Both the position numbers and the translations under genes were made by a program. From positions 89,931 to 153,930 of the forward strand of contig JAYYVF010000066.1 in assembly GCA_036343635.1 (NCBI GenBank): 64,000 nt of DNA, given 5' to 3'. Origin of the DNA: Candidatus Latescibacterota bacterium. GTDB taxonomy: Bacteria; Latescibacterota; UBA2968; UBA8231. Below, one piece after another: positions 17,480 through 28,000 of the stretch; within the stretch, counting starts at the first letter, position 1, and each line of letters opens with the position of its first letter. The notes under the pieces are model-generated. The model searched no databases. It saw nothing but the letters and a program-made list of their open reading frames with translations, and was not told the origin of the DNA.

Positions 17480-19636
17480 CTATTGCATTATTGGCCGGTG
17501 CTGAATGCCTTGCTGGTCAAGGTATAAAAACGTTTGAATGAGGTCTGTTTTTACTATTATGCTTTCGGTGCTTAGTTTTACTTCGACTCCAGAAAAGATG
17601 GTTCCTTGAGCGGTTATATGTCCAGACCTCTCTATTCGCTTATTTTCTTCTATTAGTACTTCGCGCTCCGAATTCATTTGTTCTTGAGCGCGGGTTGCTT
17701 GGTAAAGTTTTGTGATGAGGCCACCCAATTGGGAACGTCTTTTCTCTGAGGCGCGTTGTAAAATTGATTTTACACGGTTGGAATCAAAGGCTCTTATGCC
17801 CAACATATTTAGATAATGGTCAATTGCATTGCGTAGTTGAGTTAATTTTTTTTCTAGTTTACTTAGTTTGATTGCCGACACCGGATCTGCGATAATTCCG
17901 ACTGTCGTGTTCGTTGCTGTGGCGGAACCTATAAGTCGGGCAGTGATCGACTCAGATGCAAGAATTTCCCCCCCTACGATGCTTCCTCCTCGGTTGCCAG
18001 CACCGGAATGAACAATAACTTTTCCTCCACTTCTTACTTGCGAATTATATATATAACTACCAATATCAACGTCTCCTTGAGCCAGAAGCGATGCGTTTTG
18101 CAAAAATTTTGTTTGAACTTTCCCAAGCGATAATAGTCCTCGAGCAATAACAGTAGTTTTTTCTCCTACGATTCCTTGAGAAACAAGTACGTCACCTTGT
18201 GCGATAAGTTTTGTGCCTGATTCAACTCCACCGCTTACGGTGATACTTCCTCCCGATTCAATTGTAAACCCAGATCGGACCGTACCCATTACATGTACAT
18301 CTACAGGTGAGTTTATATTTCCTGTATTGTAATCAACGTCGCCTTTTACAGTATACAATGGTTTGACGTGTAAGGTCTTACCGGATACATGAACGTTTCC
18401 ATCTATCTCTGCCTTATAAGAAATGGAAGTTTCATTGTCAATATTTTCGACAATCACGTTTTGACCTGCATGATAATTTATGTTTTTACCATCTGTTGTC
18501 GGCTCTTCTTCTCCATACACGTTAATTTTAGGTAAACCTTCTGTAGCGGGGTACACGGTAGCCAATAATTGATTTGAAACAACGCCGATTACGCTATTTC
18601 TTTCTCTAAAATCAATGCTTCCGTCTGACAAAATCTTTCCAGCATGTAATTCGGGATCAAAGGTGTACTCAATTTGGGTATCGGTTCCGGGTATAGCATC
18701 GTCTCCTATGGCTATTCTTGTTAGCGCGAATCTGTTAATAGAAAAATCTTCTGAACATAAATACGTTATTTTTGTCTCATCGACACCATGACATATACTC
18801 ATCTCTTCAAGGATATTGTCTATCCATTTACGATCTATTGGCGAAGGAGAGTACAATAATTCTAAATGGATGTAGAAAACGTTCATTTTCGATTGATCTA
18901 CCCATATGGGTGGTATAATAGAAACCGTATCAATGTCAAAAACAACATAACCTAAACATTCAGCGATTATTTGATTGTCTTCCAAGCGAACGTTAATTCC
19001 CATTTTAATGTTCGCATTAGAACCGGGAAGGATTTGCTCTTTTCCAAATACATCTAAACCAGTTTCTCCTTGAGTCGGTAACTGTATTTTGGCTATGGTT
19101 TGTTCAGGAAGGGCAAGTACTGCTTCGAAGTCAGTTGAGATTCCATCAAAAGAATCCAAATGAAAGAGGTTGCCGGCCTGAGATGCCTTTTCAATATCGG
19201 AGTGCTTGGTGTCTTCAATCCACCGTAGAAATCCGTTCTCCCCAGGGACAGGCTGTCTTCCTGCTGCGATTATTTGGGAGCAATTCAATATTTGATGGGC
19301 ATCGACTTTTGCTAAGGCCAGTATGTCGTCCAAGGCGTTGACGTCAACACCTTCTCTGATTAAATAACATTCTTCCAAGGCCTTGCGTAGATCTTCGACT
19401 CCAAGATCTAAATTTCCGGATAGACAAATCTTTTCCATTCTCGCTTCCTGACCATCGTTTTGAATGTTTACGACCATCCATGACATGGCAGCAGGACCGA
19501 AATACATAGGATGAGCCTCTTCAAATTCATGAGGGCTAACTTGATTGTCTTCGCCTAATTGTTCGAGAAATGTTTCTTCTAAGTCTGAAGCGTCTTTTGG
19601 AGAACGCTTACGCTGATTTTTGTCAGATTTGCTCAA
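17480..19636 (-). CDS. DUF342 / FapA-family protein (beta-helix core + C-terminal coiled coil)
   Basis: Long run of beta-helix-like repeats 'GTVRSGFTIESGGSITVSGGVESGTKLIAQGDVLVSQGIVGEKTTVIARG...GGKVIVHSGAGNRGGSIVGGEILA', then the coiled coil 'KLSKLEKKLTQLRNAIDHYLN'. The TTG start is uncertain. Confidence 0.75.
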   Translation of the reverse strand: MSKSDKNQRKRSPKDASDLEETFLEQLGEDNQVSPHEFEEAHPMYFGPAAMSWMVVNIQNDGQEARMEKICLSGNLDLGVEDLRKALEECYLIREGVDVNALDDILALAKVDAHQILNCSQIIAAGRQPVPGENGFLRWIEDTKHSDIEKASQAGNLFHLDSFDGISTDFEAVLALPEQTIAKIQLPTQGETGLDVFGKEQILPGSNANIKMGINVRLEDNQIIAECLGYVVFDIDTVSIIPPIWVDQSKMNVFYIHLELLYSPSPIDRKWIDNILEEMSICHGVDETKITYLCSEDFSINRFALTRIAIGDDAIPGTDTQIEYTFDPELHAGKILSDGSIDFRERNSVIGVVSNQLLATVYPATEGLPKINVYGEEEPTTDGKNINYHAGQNVIVENIDNETSISYKAEIDGNVHVSGKTLHVKPLYTVKGDVDYNTGNINSPVDVHVMGTVRSGFTIESGGSITVSGGVESGTKLIAQGDVLVSQGIVGEKTTVIARGLLSLGKVQTKFLQNASLLAQGDVDIGSYIYNSQVRSGGKVIVHSGAGNRGGSIVGGEILASESITARLIGSATATNTTVGIIADPVSAIKLSKLEKKLTQLRNAIDHYLNMLGIRAFDSNRVKSILQRASEKRRSQLGGLITKLYQATRAQEQMNSEREVLIEENKRIERSGHITAQGTIFSGVEVKLSTESIIVKTDLIQTFLYLDQQGIQHRPIMQ

Positions 19637-19695
19637 AACGGGTACCCTTTGGCATGATTATGTCCAAGAGCAGTTACCAATATATGACGTAATAT

Positions 19696-19726
19696 ATTAT
19701 AAAACAGAACATTTAGGGAATGCCAA
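19696..19726 (-). promoter_or_regulatory. Possible sigma70-like promoter (TTGGCA-19 nt-TATAAT, minus strand) for the DUF342 gene
   Basis: Hexamers read on the reverse complement ~60 nt upstream of the start. The 19-nt spacer is long. Confidence 0.25.
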
Positions 19727-19769
19727 ACTTTGTTACTGTAATCTAATTACTTAGAGATAGTTAAAATTT

Positions 19770-20381
19770 TTAATTTACAAACTGGGTAGGGAGACGGGAA
19801 AGGATTTTCTCGATCTGAACATCGATGGGTAATAAACTGTTCAAAATCAGGTCTGCTCTTGATCGAGTCGGAATTATATAACGTTTGGACATAGGAGTTA
19901 CCTGCCTGTCGTATTGTTCAATAATGGAATCTAAACCACGTTCCCGCTCATTGATATCACGGTTGATGCGACGATTACGGGCGACCTGATTGGGAATATC
20001 TAAATAGATACTCAAATTATAGAATTGTAAAATAGGCTCAAAATAAAGCGAAAAGATCCCTTCTACTATAATGTTTTTCTTGTTGTTAATCGTTTTTGAG
20101 AGTCCGGCTCTACAATGTTTAGTAAAATCGTACGAGGGAACTTCTATAGATTCGTTGTTTTTTATCTTAGCCAGATCTGCTTCAAATAGTTTTGCGTCCA
20201 ATGATGTGGGGACATCAAAATTCATTTTTCCGCGATCATTGTAGGATAAATGGCTTAAGTCATGGTAATATGAGTCCAAAGAAACGATTTCTGAATTTTT
20301 TAGGGCTCTCTGAAGTTTTTGAGCCAGTGTTGTTTTGCCGGATCCTGATTTTCCAGCTATGGCCATTACATTGACTGTCAT
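19770..20381 (-). CDS. udk: Uridine kinase
   Basis: P-loop 'IAGKSGSGKTTLA' and 'SLDSYYHD...NFDVPTSLD...VPSYDF' are typical of Udk. ATG 20381 ('MTVNVMAIAG') lies 1 nt from the PolX stop; the track start at 20402 overlaps PolX. Confidence 0.85.
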   Translation of the reverse strand: MTVNVMAIAGKSGSGKTTLAQKLQRALKNSEIVSLDSYYHDLSHLSYNDRGKMNFDVPTSLDAKLFEADLAKIKNNESIEVPSYDFTKHCRAGLSKTINNKKNIIVEGIFSLYFEPILQFYNLSIYLDIPNQVARNRRINRDINERERGLDSIIEQYDRQVTPMSKRYIIPTRSRADLILNSLLPIDVQIEKILSRLPTQFVN

Positions 20382-20382
20382 C

Positions 20383-22101
20383 TCATAGTTTATTCTTAGC
20401 AAATTTTATAAACGCAGCTGCATCTATGGTATTGAGTACGTCAGATTTTTGTAGCCATCCTTTGCGAGCAACTCCAATACCGTATTGCAGATTGTCTAAG
20501 CCAGATAGCTGGTGCGCATCTGTATTTATACTTATCAAAACACCGCTATCTCGTGCGGTCTTTACATGTCTCCAATCTAGATCAAGTCTGGACGGATGTG
20601 CGTTTATTTCTATACTGACCTTATTTAGGGCGGCCTCCTCAAAGATAATGTCTAAATTCAATTCATAACCTGGTCTTTCTAAGAGCAATCGACCGGTTAA
20701 ATGACCAATTATACATGTGCTTGGGTGACTTATGGCACGAACAATTCGTTCGGTCATTTTCTCTCGATCCATATTGAATTGAGAATGGATCGACGCTACG
20801 ATGAAATCAAATTGCTCTAATTCATTATCCTTATAATCAAGGGAACCATCTGAAAGAATATCAGATTCTATTCCCTTGAGTATTTTAAACGGCGCCAAGG
20901 TTTCATTCAGAATATCAATCTCTTCCCATTGACGTTTGACGCGGTCAAAAGATAGGCCTCCAGCGTATGCTGCGGTCTGACTGTGGTCGGTTAATCCCAT
21001 ATAACTAAAGCCTCGTAGTTTTACCGCGGTTGCTAAATCAGATATGCTATCTATTCCATCACTATAATTAGAATGGATATGGAGCATCCCTTTTATGTCA
21101 TTCGAGGAAATCAAGTCGGGGATAGTTTCCTTTTCAGCAGCCTCAATTTCTCCCTGGCCTTCTCGAAGTTCAGGCGGAATGTATTGTAAACCTAGTGCAG
21201 CAAAAAAATCATTTTCTCCTACACAACGAATTCGTTCCTCATCCTTGTGTAGGCCATATTCGTTGATCTTTAATCCGCGTTCATTTGCTCTCGCTCGTAA
21301 AGCCACGTTATGCTCTTTACTTCCCGTAAAGTGGTGTAGGGTATAGGGAAATTCTTCCTCGGATACGATACGAAGATCCACTTGCAGCCCACTGTGAAGC
21401 CGAACAGCACTCTTTGTTTTTCCTTGTTGAATTACTTCCTTTACAGAAGAATGTTGTGTAAATAGTTCGGTCGCAGCTGCTGGATCGGTAGCGCTGATAA
21501 CGAAGTCAATATCTTTGACCGTTTCGAGTGCTCGGCGGAACGATCCGGCGATTTCTATTTGTAGAATGTTTTGGTTGTTTTTTAGGGCCCGATAGAGAGG
21601 TACCGTCTCGTTGCCCGCTATGTCTATTCGGGTCCTACCTTGGTTTTCCTTAAGGAGTTCTATGCCTTCTAGTATATTGTTTTGTGTCTTTTCACCAAAT
21701 CCTTTGAGTTCACTGAGGCTGCCATTTTTGCAGGCGGCAGAAAGTTGATCAACCGTGTCGATATTTGCTTCTTTGTGCAAAATAGAAATTTTGCGAGGGC
21801 CGAGACCTGGGATGCGCAACATTTCTAACAATCCATTAGGGATAGATTCTTGGAGTTTAATGAACGCGGTGGATGATCCTGTGGAATAAAATTCTTCGAC
21901 TAAAGAAGCTACGCTTTTCCCAATTCCTTTGATGCTAGTAAGTTTCTTTTCCTCAACTAAACGGTCAATGTCATCTTCCATATTCTCAAATATTCGCACT
22001 GCGTTGCTATATGCACGAGCCCGAAAAGTTTCCGCACCACTTAACTCAAGAAGTGTGCAATATGATTCAAGGTATATAGCGACCTCTCGCGTGGTTTTCA
22101 C
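20383..22101 (-). CDS. polX: Family X DNA polymerase with C-terminal PHP phosphoesterase domain (PolX)
   Basis: HhH motifs 'IKGIGKSVA' and 'IPGLGPRKI', Pol-beta-like core 'IAGSFRRALETVKDIDFV', 'LHHFTGSKEHN', and PHP motifs 'MLHIHSNYSDG' and 'GLTDHS'. The GTG start overlaps the upstream stop (GTGA). Confidence 0.9.
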   Translation of the reverse strand: MKTTREVAIYLESYCTLLELSGAETFRARAYSNAVRIFENMEDDIDRLVEEKKLTSIKGIGKSVASLVEEFYSTGSSTAFIKLQESIPNGLLEMLRIPGLGPRKISILHKEANIDTVDQLSAACKNGSLSELKGFGEKTQNNILEGIELLKENQGRTRIDIAGNETVPLYRALKNNQNILQIEIAGSFRRALETVKDIDFVISATDPAAATELFTQHSSVKEVIQQGKTKSAVRLHSGLQVDLRIVSEEEFPYTLHHFTGSKEHNVALRARANERGLKINEYGLHKDEERIRCVGENDFFAALGLQYIPPELREGQGEIEAAEKETIPDLISSNDIKGMLHIHSNYSDGIDSISDLATAVKLRGFSYMGLTDHSQTAAYAGGLSFDRVKRQWEEIDILNETLAPFKILKGIESDILSDGSLDYKDNELEQFDFIVASIHSQFNMDREKMTERIVRAISHPSTCIIGHLTGRLLLERPGYELNLDIIFEEAALNKVSIEINAHPSRLDLDWRHVKTARDSGVLISINTDAHQLSGLDNLQYGIGVARKGWLQKSDVLNTIDAAAFIKFAKNKL

Positions 22102-22973
22102 GGTCTGGAATCTCCATTTTTAAATGAGTGCTCATTTTCATTAACTCTTTGTAATGTTGAATTTACCAGTTGCGAATTGCCAGCTATCAGGCCCTTTGCG
22201 ATCAGGGTGTTTTTTTGATTATATGAGCGGATCCTGCCGTCGAGGTCCACCATACACCCACCGGCTTCTCGGATTAACAGATCTCCCGCACAAACATCCC
22301 ATTCATTTTTTGGCTGGACACTGAAATTGATATCGTAGTGTCCCGAAGCTACTAATGCGAGTTTATATGCGACACTTCCAATAGGAGTTAATTCACCCAT
22401 GTAGGAACGAAAAGGCTCTATTTCACCTCTTTTGTATTCACTCCGACTAACTGCTACAGAAGCTTTTGAAAGATCGCGGGATTCGCTACAGAAAATGCGT
22501 TTTCCATTGAGAAAACTACCTCCATTTCGAATAGCTGCAAAAAGTTGGTCAAGTGCTGGATTATACTGGACGCCGACGATGGGGGCTCCATTTTCAACAA
22601 GTGCTATACAGATAACGTATTCTGGGATCCCTTCAACAAACTCGCGGGTTCCGTCAATAGGGTCTATAATCCAAACATGCTTCTTATTCAATCGTTCGTC
22701 ATCATCTATAGTCTCTTCAGAAAGCCAACCGTAATTGGGGAATCCACTTGTAAGCCTACTTTTTAGAAGTTTATTTACCGAGATGTCTGCTTCTGAGAGT
22801 ATATCTCCATTGGGTTTTTGAGAGCTTGTAGATTTATCTCCTAGGAGTTCTATTGTTAATTTACCTGCTTCTCGTACGGCATTTATTGCTATCAACAATT
22901 CTTTATTCAAAGGTTGATCTCCTGTTAAAAATCCTACAGAAGTTATATAGTGAGATTTAGATGAGCAACGCAT
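22098..22973 (-). CDS. Inositol monophosphatase family protein (CysQ / 3'(2'),5'-bisphosphate nucleotidase-like)
   Basis: 'WLSEET', 'VWIIDPIDGTREF' and 'WDVCAGDLLIREAGG' are the IMPase-superfamily metal-binding motifs. Confidence 0.8.
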   Translation of the reverse strand: MRCSSKSHYITSVGFLTGDQPLNKELLIAINAVREAGKLTIELLGDKSTSSQKPNGDILSEADISVNKLLKSRLTSGFPNYGWLSEETIDDDERLNKKHVWIIDPIDGTREFVEGIPEYVICIALVENGAPIVGVQYNPALDQLFAAIRNGGSFLNGKRIFCSESRDLSKASVAVSRSEYKRGEIEPFRSYMGELTPIGSVAYKLALVASGHYDINFSVQPKNEWDVCAGDLLIREAGGCMVDLDGRIRSYNQKNTLIAKGLIAGNSQLVNSTLQRVNENEHSFKNGDSRP

Positions 22974-22994
22974 TTGCTATATCAGGGAATTTGT

Positions 22995-23023
22995 TTGACA
23001 TAACTTGTACTTAAAGATAAATT
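22995..23023 (+). promoter_or_regulatory. Probable sigma70-type promoter (TTGACA-17 nt-TAAATT) for the 23064/23714 gene pair
   Basis: A perfect -35 with canonical 17-nt spacing, ~40 nt upstream of ATG 23064, followed by a GAGGTAAGAGG purine tract. Confidence 0.4.
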
Positions 23024-23063
23024 GCGAGAGAGGTAAGAGGTCAAATTTTTACGGGGCATTCTA

Positions 23064-23687
23064 ATGTTACGAGCGTTTCTTTCGGTTTTTGTATTTCAAT
23101 GTGTTTCACTCCATGCCGAGGAATTTTCGCCGCCTATGTTACCCATTCTGAAGAAGCTTGAATCTGAGGGGCTTTGGGGCGAAGCGGTATTGAATAATGG
23201 GAAAACACGTCAAATAAGAGTGGAAAATGTAACGAATGATAGTGTAGAGGTTATTGAGGTTTACGGCGCTCTTCAGCGTAGGATCGTCTCATATAGCGTT
23301 GGAGGGTTTAAATCGATTCGCGTGCTTGGAAACCAGCGTATCCAGCTAAGATCCACCTTGATTGGTAACTCGAAGTCAAAAACCTTTGCCTTGGGTTCCG
23401 AAATGATCTTTCCTGGAGCAGGTTATTTGTATTTAGGCGATAAAAAACAGGCGTTGTCACTTTTTACGTTTACAGGTGTTGCCTTGATGACAGCTGTATT
23501 GACTGGAGAAGACGCTACTGCTGGTTGGTTGCCCTTACTTTCTTGGGTTAAGATTGCATCGATGTTTCAACTCAATGACAAGATAAATGCTATGAACAAA
23601 AATTCCATCCAATGGGATGCAGGCCTTGCCACTTGGTCTGGCAGTGATGGCTTAATGGCTAAAATACGAATGCCGCTAAATTTATAA
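23064..23687 (+). CDS. Hypothetical secreted or membrane protein
   Basis: Signal peptide 'MLRAFLSVFVFQCVSLHA' and two hydrophobic helices ('LSLFTFTGVALMTAVL', 'WLPLLSWVKIASMF'). No family recognised. Confidence 0.4.
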   Translation: MLRAFLSVFVFQCVSLHAEEFSPPMLPILKKLESEGLWGEAVLNNGKTRQIRVENVTNDSVEVIEVYGALQRRIVSYSVGGFKSIRVLGNQRIQLRSTLIGNSKSKTFALGSEMIFPGAGYLYLGDKKQALSLFTFTGVALMTAVLTGEDATAGWLPLLSWVKIASMFQLNDKINAMNKNSIQWDAGLATWSGSDGLMAKIRMPLNL

Positions 23688-23713
23688 CATTTTTTAAAAG
23701 AGAGGATCGAGTT

Positions 23714-24136
23714 ATGAGTTCACCAACCGAAAAATCTCAAAAAAGAGTACAGAAACTAATCGATGCATATACCTCAAAATCTGGAACATGTCCTCATCCG
23801 GATGCCGATACTATGCATTCTGTTTTGTTGGGCTTGGCAAGTAATCTAGATGAATTAGGACGTCCGCTCTGTCCCTGTAGGTTTTATCCTGATAAGACTG
23901 AAGAGATAAAACATAGGACTTGGATCTGTCCATGTGAGGATATGCAGATCTATAAGTATTGCCATTGTCTTCTTTTTGTAACAGAAGAAGGTCTTCCCAT
24001 AACTGAGCATTTACCTGAAGGTCATGAAGGGCGAGATATTTATGGAGTTGTAACGGACCCAACTCCGGATAAGGGGCGAGCTCTTCGCGAAAAAGCTTCA
24101 GCACGAGAAGAAGAACGTATCAACAGGCCGTCCTGA
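23714..24136 (+). CDS. Ferredoxin-thioredoxin reductase catalytic (beta) subunit-like protein
   Basis: The three Cys pairs 'CPCRFY', 'WICPCEDM' and 'YCHCLLF' match the 4Fe-4S/disulfide motif CPC...CPC...CHC of FTR catalytic chains. Confidence 0.8.
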   Translation: MSSPTEKSQKRVQKLIDAYTSKSGTCPHPDADTMHSVLLGLASNLDELGRPLCPCRFYPDKTEEIKHRTWICPCEDMQIYKYCHCLLFVTEEGLPITEHLPEGHEGRDIYGVVTDPTPDKGRALREKASAREEERINRPS

Positions 24137-24197
24137 CGGAATACATTTTGATCATAATTAACGTATCTCTTTTCCAATGGTCGTCTTTTTTTTGTAG

Positions 24198-24950
24198 CTA
24201 ATCCCAAATTACGACCTCAATACGTCGATTGAGCGTTTTATTCTCGGGTGAATTATTAGGTGCAATAGGATACGCCTCTCCATGTCCGCGAGCGTCGATC
24301 ATTTCTGATGTGATAAAGTCGTACGATTCTGTAAGATAATTTTTGACTGCTTTTGCTCTATCTTCGGATAGACGAAGGTTTGAATCCGCATTTCCGTCAC
24401 TATCGGTGTGGCCCACAAGAAGAATTTTTGTGGGGGAGAAATTTCCGACAAATTTTGCAATCCTGTCGAACTCGGCTGCAGTGCCGGGATTGAGCGACGC
24501 CTGGCCAGATGCGAAGAGTACGCTTGCATTGAGAGATAAACGTGGTACGACGTAGTCATTTTTCATTGCAGTCTTATGTAGGATTGTTGCAATTCCAATG
24601 TTTTCGTTTGAGGTAAAATCACCGATACATGTTTTCTCTTGAGAATCTATTATTTCCATTGTTCCAACATAAATACGCATAGTCAAATCTAAATTTCGGT
24701 TGACGATTTCTTTTCGGTATACGTTTAAAGTGTCTCCTGTATTAATGTTTGCATCTTGTCCCCGATCAATTATATAGTCGATGGGTGCTGTAATAGAATC
24801 AGAAGGTGCTAAACCATGATTAAATGGGCGAATAATTGTTATTATTTTAGGTGGTGTAAATCGAGGTTTAGGTTCTTCTTGTGCTGTTGTTGTATTGGCA
24901 ATTAATAAAACCAAGGTAAAAGAAAGTATTTTGTGAAATATGTTTTTCAT
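24198..24950 (-). CDS. OmpA-family peptidoglycan-binding protein with an unknown N-terminal domain
   Basis: Signal peptide, plus the C-terminal OmpA_C motif 'LLVGHTDSDGNADSNLRLSEDRAKAVKNYL...NRRIEVVIW'. Confidence 0.85.
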   Translation of the reverse strand: MKNIFHKILSFTLVLLIANTTTAQEEPKPRFTPPKIITIIRPFNHGLAPSDSITAPIDYIIDRGQDANINTGDTLNVYRKEIVNRNLDLTMRIYVGTMEIIDSQEKTCIGDFTSNENIGIATILHKTAMKNDYVVPRLSLNASVLFASGQASLNPGTAAEFDRIAKFVGNFSPTKILLVGHTDSDGNADSNLRLSEDRAKAVKNYLTESYDFITSEMIDARGHGEAYPIAPNNSPENKTLNRRIEVVIWD

Positions 24951-25013
24951 GAGGTTTATTATTTTGTTGGTAATTCCTCTCGGAGGGAGAAGAGTGTGTA
25001 AAGTTCTGATAAG

Positions 25014-28000
25014 TTAATAATGAATTATTTTCGATTTCCCAAATGATTCAGCAAAAAGAAAGAAATCGTCAAAATCGATTTTTCCGTTAGGTGCTATATC
25101 TATATTTGGATTCCAGGCTGAATCTGTCAATGTTTGCCCAAAAACGTCTGCGAGAATAAAAAAATCTGTTAAGTCAACTAATCCGTCTCTATCAAAATCA
25201 CATGAATTTATTTGTAATGTGGAGTAAGGTCTTATTGGGGTTGTTATAGTGGTTGCTATACCATAATTGTCAGATGCCTGTAAATGTAAGGTGCCATTTG
25301 TAGGAAAACTGTTTGCCGAAATGGATAATGTTTGTGAGGAGTCGATTTCGAAGGTAAAGAGCTGATTTGGTATAATATGCGCTCGCCATGAAAGTTGGTC
25401 TGCCTTGTGAGATGACTCTATATATCGATTCAGATCAATCTTGGTTTTCCCCAATCCAAACAAGGTTATGTCCGGAAGTTTACGTATCTCGATTTTCTTT
25501 CGGGAGATAGTTTGGATAGAAGGAAAGTCTGTTGAGTTGATGTCTATTATAACGGGTTCGCTGTTGGATTGGACTTCTGAAGTTGGTTCATCTGAAGATG
25601 CAGACTCATGTATCATTACGTTGAGGCTCTGTCTTGCAGTTGCTCCTTGTCTATCGGTTGCTGTAAAGTCTATACTTCGCAAACCGGTTTCAGCATTATT
25701 GGCAGAAACCGTAGCAGTATTTAGTACCGTGTGAATACTTACTTGCAGACCTGACTCTGGCATAGCACTCCAAGTCAAAGAATCTACGGGTTCATCGTCT
25801 ACAGCGAAGTGATCAAGTGAAATTCTGAACAATTCTCCAGCACGTAGGAAAATGTCAGGAAACGTATTGATTGTAGGAAGAGGATTCGTGATGATCACTG
25901 GTATTTCCATCACCAATTGGCGTCCAACTTTGGACTCAGCCGTGATGTTCAAACGGGTGTTCCCCTTAAATCCATTAATTGCTTGGATAGAAATGGATTT
26001 CTTTGAAGTGTCAAATGCAGCAGTTAGTTGTTTTGATGGATCTAAAATGATTTGATCTGCCTGAGGGCCCATATAGGGCCCAATGTCAAAATTGAATTCT
26101 TTATACGGTGAAAATTGAATTGTCGGAATTTGTCGGAGTAACGGTTCCGTCCCATTCAGGATAATAGTAACTTCTCCGCTGTCTGTTTTCTGATGAGGGT
26201 CCTTGACTAATAATTTTAATATGTAAAAACTTGAGGGGTTCTCGGTTGGAGGTATCCAGGTTAAAACGTTTTTTTCAATGATAGCGCCGGGAAGCTCAGA
26301 AAATGACCAATTTAGAGTTTCTAGGGAGTCATCTTTGTCATTGACCCAATTGTCCAATTCAATATGAAGCGTTTCATTAGAAGATAAATACAGAGTGTCT
26401 GGGTTAGATAATATTGGAGGTGAGTTCACTTTCTTAATAACAAGGTCTAATGTGTCGATTGAACTCTTTCCATCTTGGTTATGCGCAGTGAAAACTAGTT
26501 GACGTTTTCCATGAAAGGGTGGGGATGGGACTAGTGTAGCATTACCTTCAGAATCAATCTCTACAGTGATTAAAGAATCATACATCGCTGTCCAGTAAAG
26601 ATTGGGAGGTGCACTATCAATATCTGTGGTTAGTTGTTTTAGATCTATTTTGGCTTTATATCCCTGCTGAATAGTCAGTTTTTTCATAGTTAAATTAGGT
26701 GGGTCATTTTTCGGTTCGACCAAAACCATAAACTGTTTATTTTGTGAGATTCTACTAAGATCTTTCGTCTCGATATCTATAGCGAATAAACCATTTGTGT
26801 TATCACCGGTCCACAACTTAAGTATTTGCTCATCAGCGATGTTGTTTATAAATAGGCCTTTTGATGGTGAAAAATATGTTTCTAATTCTGATAGAGCGTT
26901 GTCTGTATCAATTATCAGTGATTTTACAGGTATGCTAAGTGTGTCATCTTCGCTGAATCGTAGTGTGTCAAAAGATGAAAAAGCCGGATAATCATTAACG
27001 GGTTGGATTTGGATCGAAATCGTTTTTGATGTTTCTAAACCTAAATCGTCCCTTGCAGTTATGGTTAATGTGTCTAGGCCATAAAGATTCGGAAAAGGTC
27101 GCATAGTAATTGAGGTATTGGTTAACACGATTTCTGTTTTGTTGCCATTGTGTTTGATGCTTAACTCGTCTTCGTCTTCGTCAAATATGGTATGCTCCAA
27201 AGGAAGTGTGATGCCAATAGGATCATCTTCAATAAATGAATAAGATGATTCAAGTTGAATGACCGGTGGGTCATTGGAGACATTGGTAGCAAATAGTTCT
27301 GATGGCGGGCTTTCCAAAGCATCGTATTTATTGTCTGCGACATTACGAGCGATTAGATACGTTTTCTCATCGTCAGATTCAGTGTCATAGCGTAGTGATG
27401 TGAAAGTCACTTTTCCATTTTTAGCAATTGCAGTGTGTCCAAATAATGTCCCGGATCCTGACGTGTAAACTGCGACCGTATCTGAAAAATTATAGTCTAT
27501 AAGACCATTCTCATCTATGGCATAAACCGTAGGCTGTTGTTTTAAGAAATGGCCACTAAGACTACCTTGGGGTTGTATCTGAAATGAAAGTTTGGTAGAG
27601 TTGACGTTGACGAAAAAAGCTTTTGTATCGTCCGCTGCTATTGCTGTACCGTAGCCACCAACATTAGTAGATAAAGCTCCCGTAGGTGCACTGATACGCA
27701 TTGCATGGTTTTGCGTTGCATGTCTGGAGAAAACAACTGAGAGGATATAGTAGCGTGTTTGGTCTTCTTCTGGCGTTCTCGCAGTAGAAACAGAGACAAA
27801 AGCCTCAATACCAAGAGAGAAATTTGCTGAATCCAAAAGGCCAATTTGAGTCGCATCAGTTAAGGTGTTTTTGTCATTTTCATATAGATTAAAGGAACGT
27901 ACGTCACTTTGCTCAAAACCTGTCGCAGTTTGTAAATCGCTAGCGGTAAAATGTACTCCATTAATACTTGTTTTCCCATCTCCCGTATATGCAATACTAA

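Noticed and set aside
24137-24197. Rho-independent terminator in the convergent gap (T8 run at about 24184-24191)
   Set aside because: There is no convincing GC-rich hairpin immediately upstream of the T-run on either strand.
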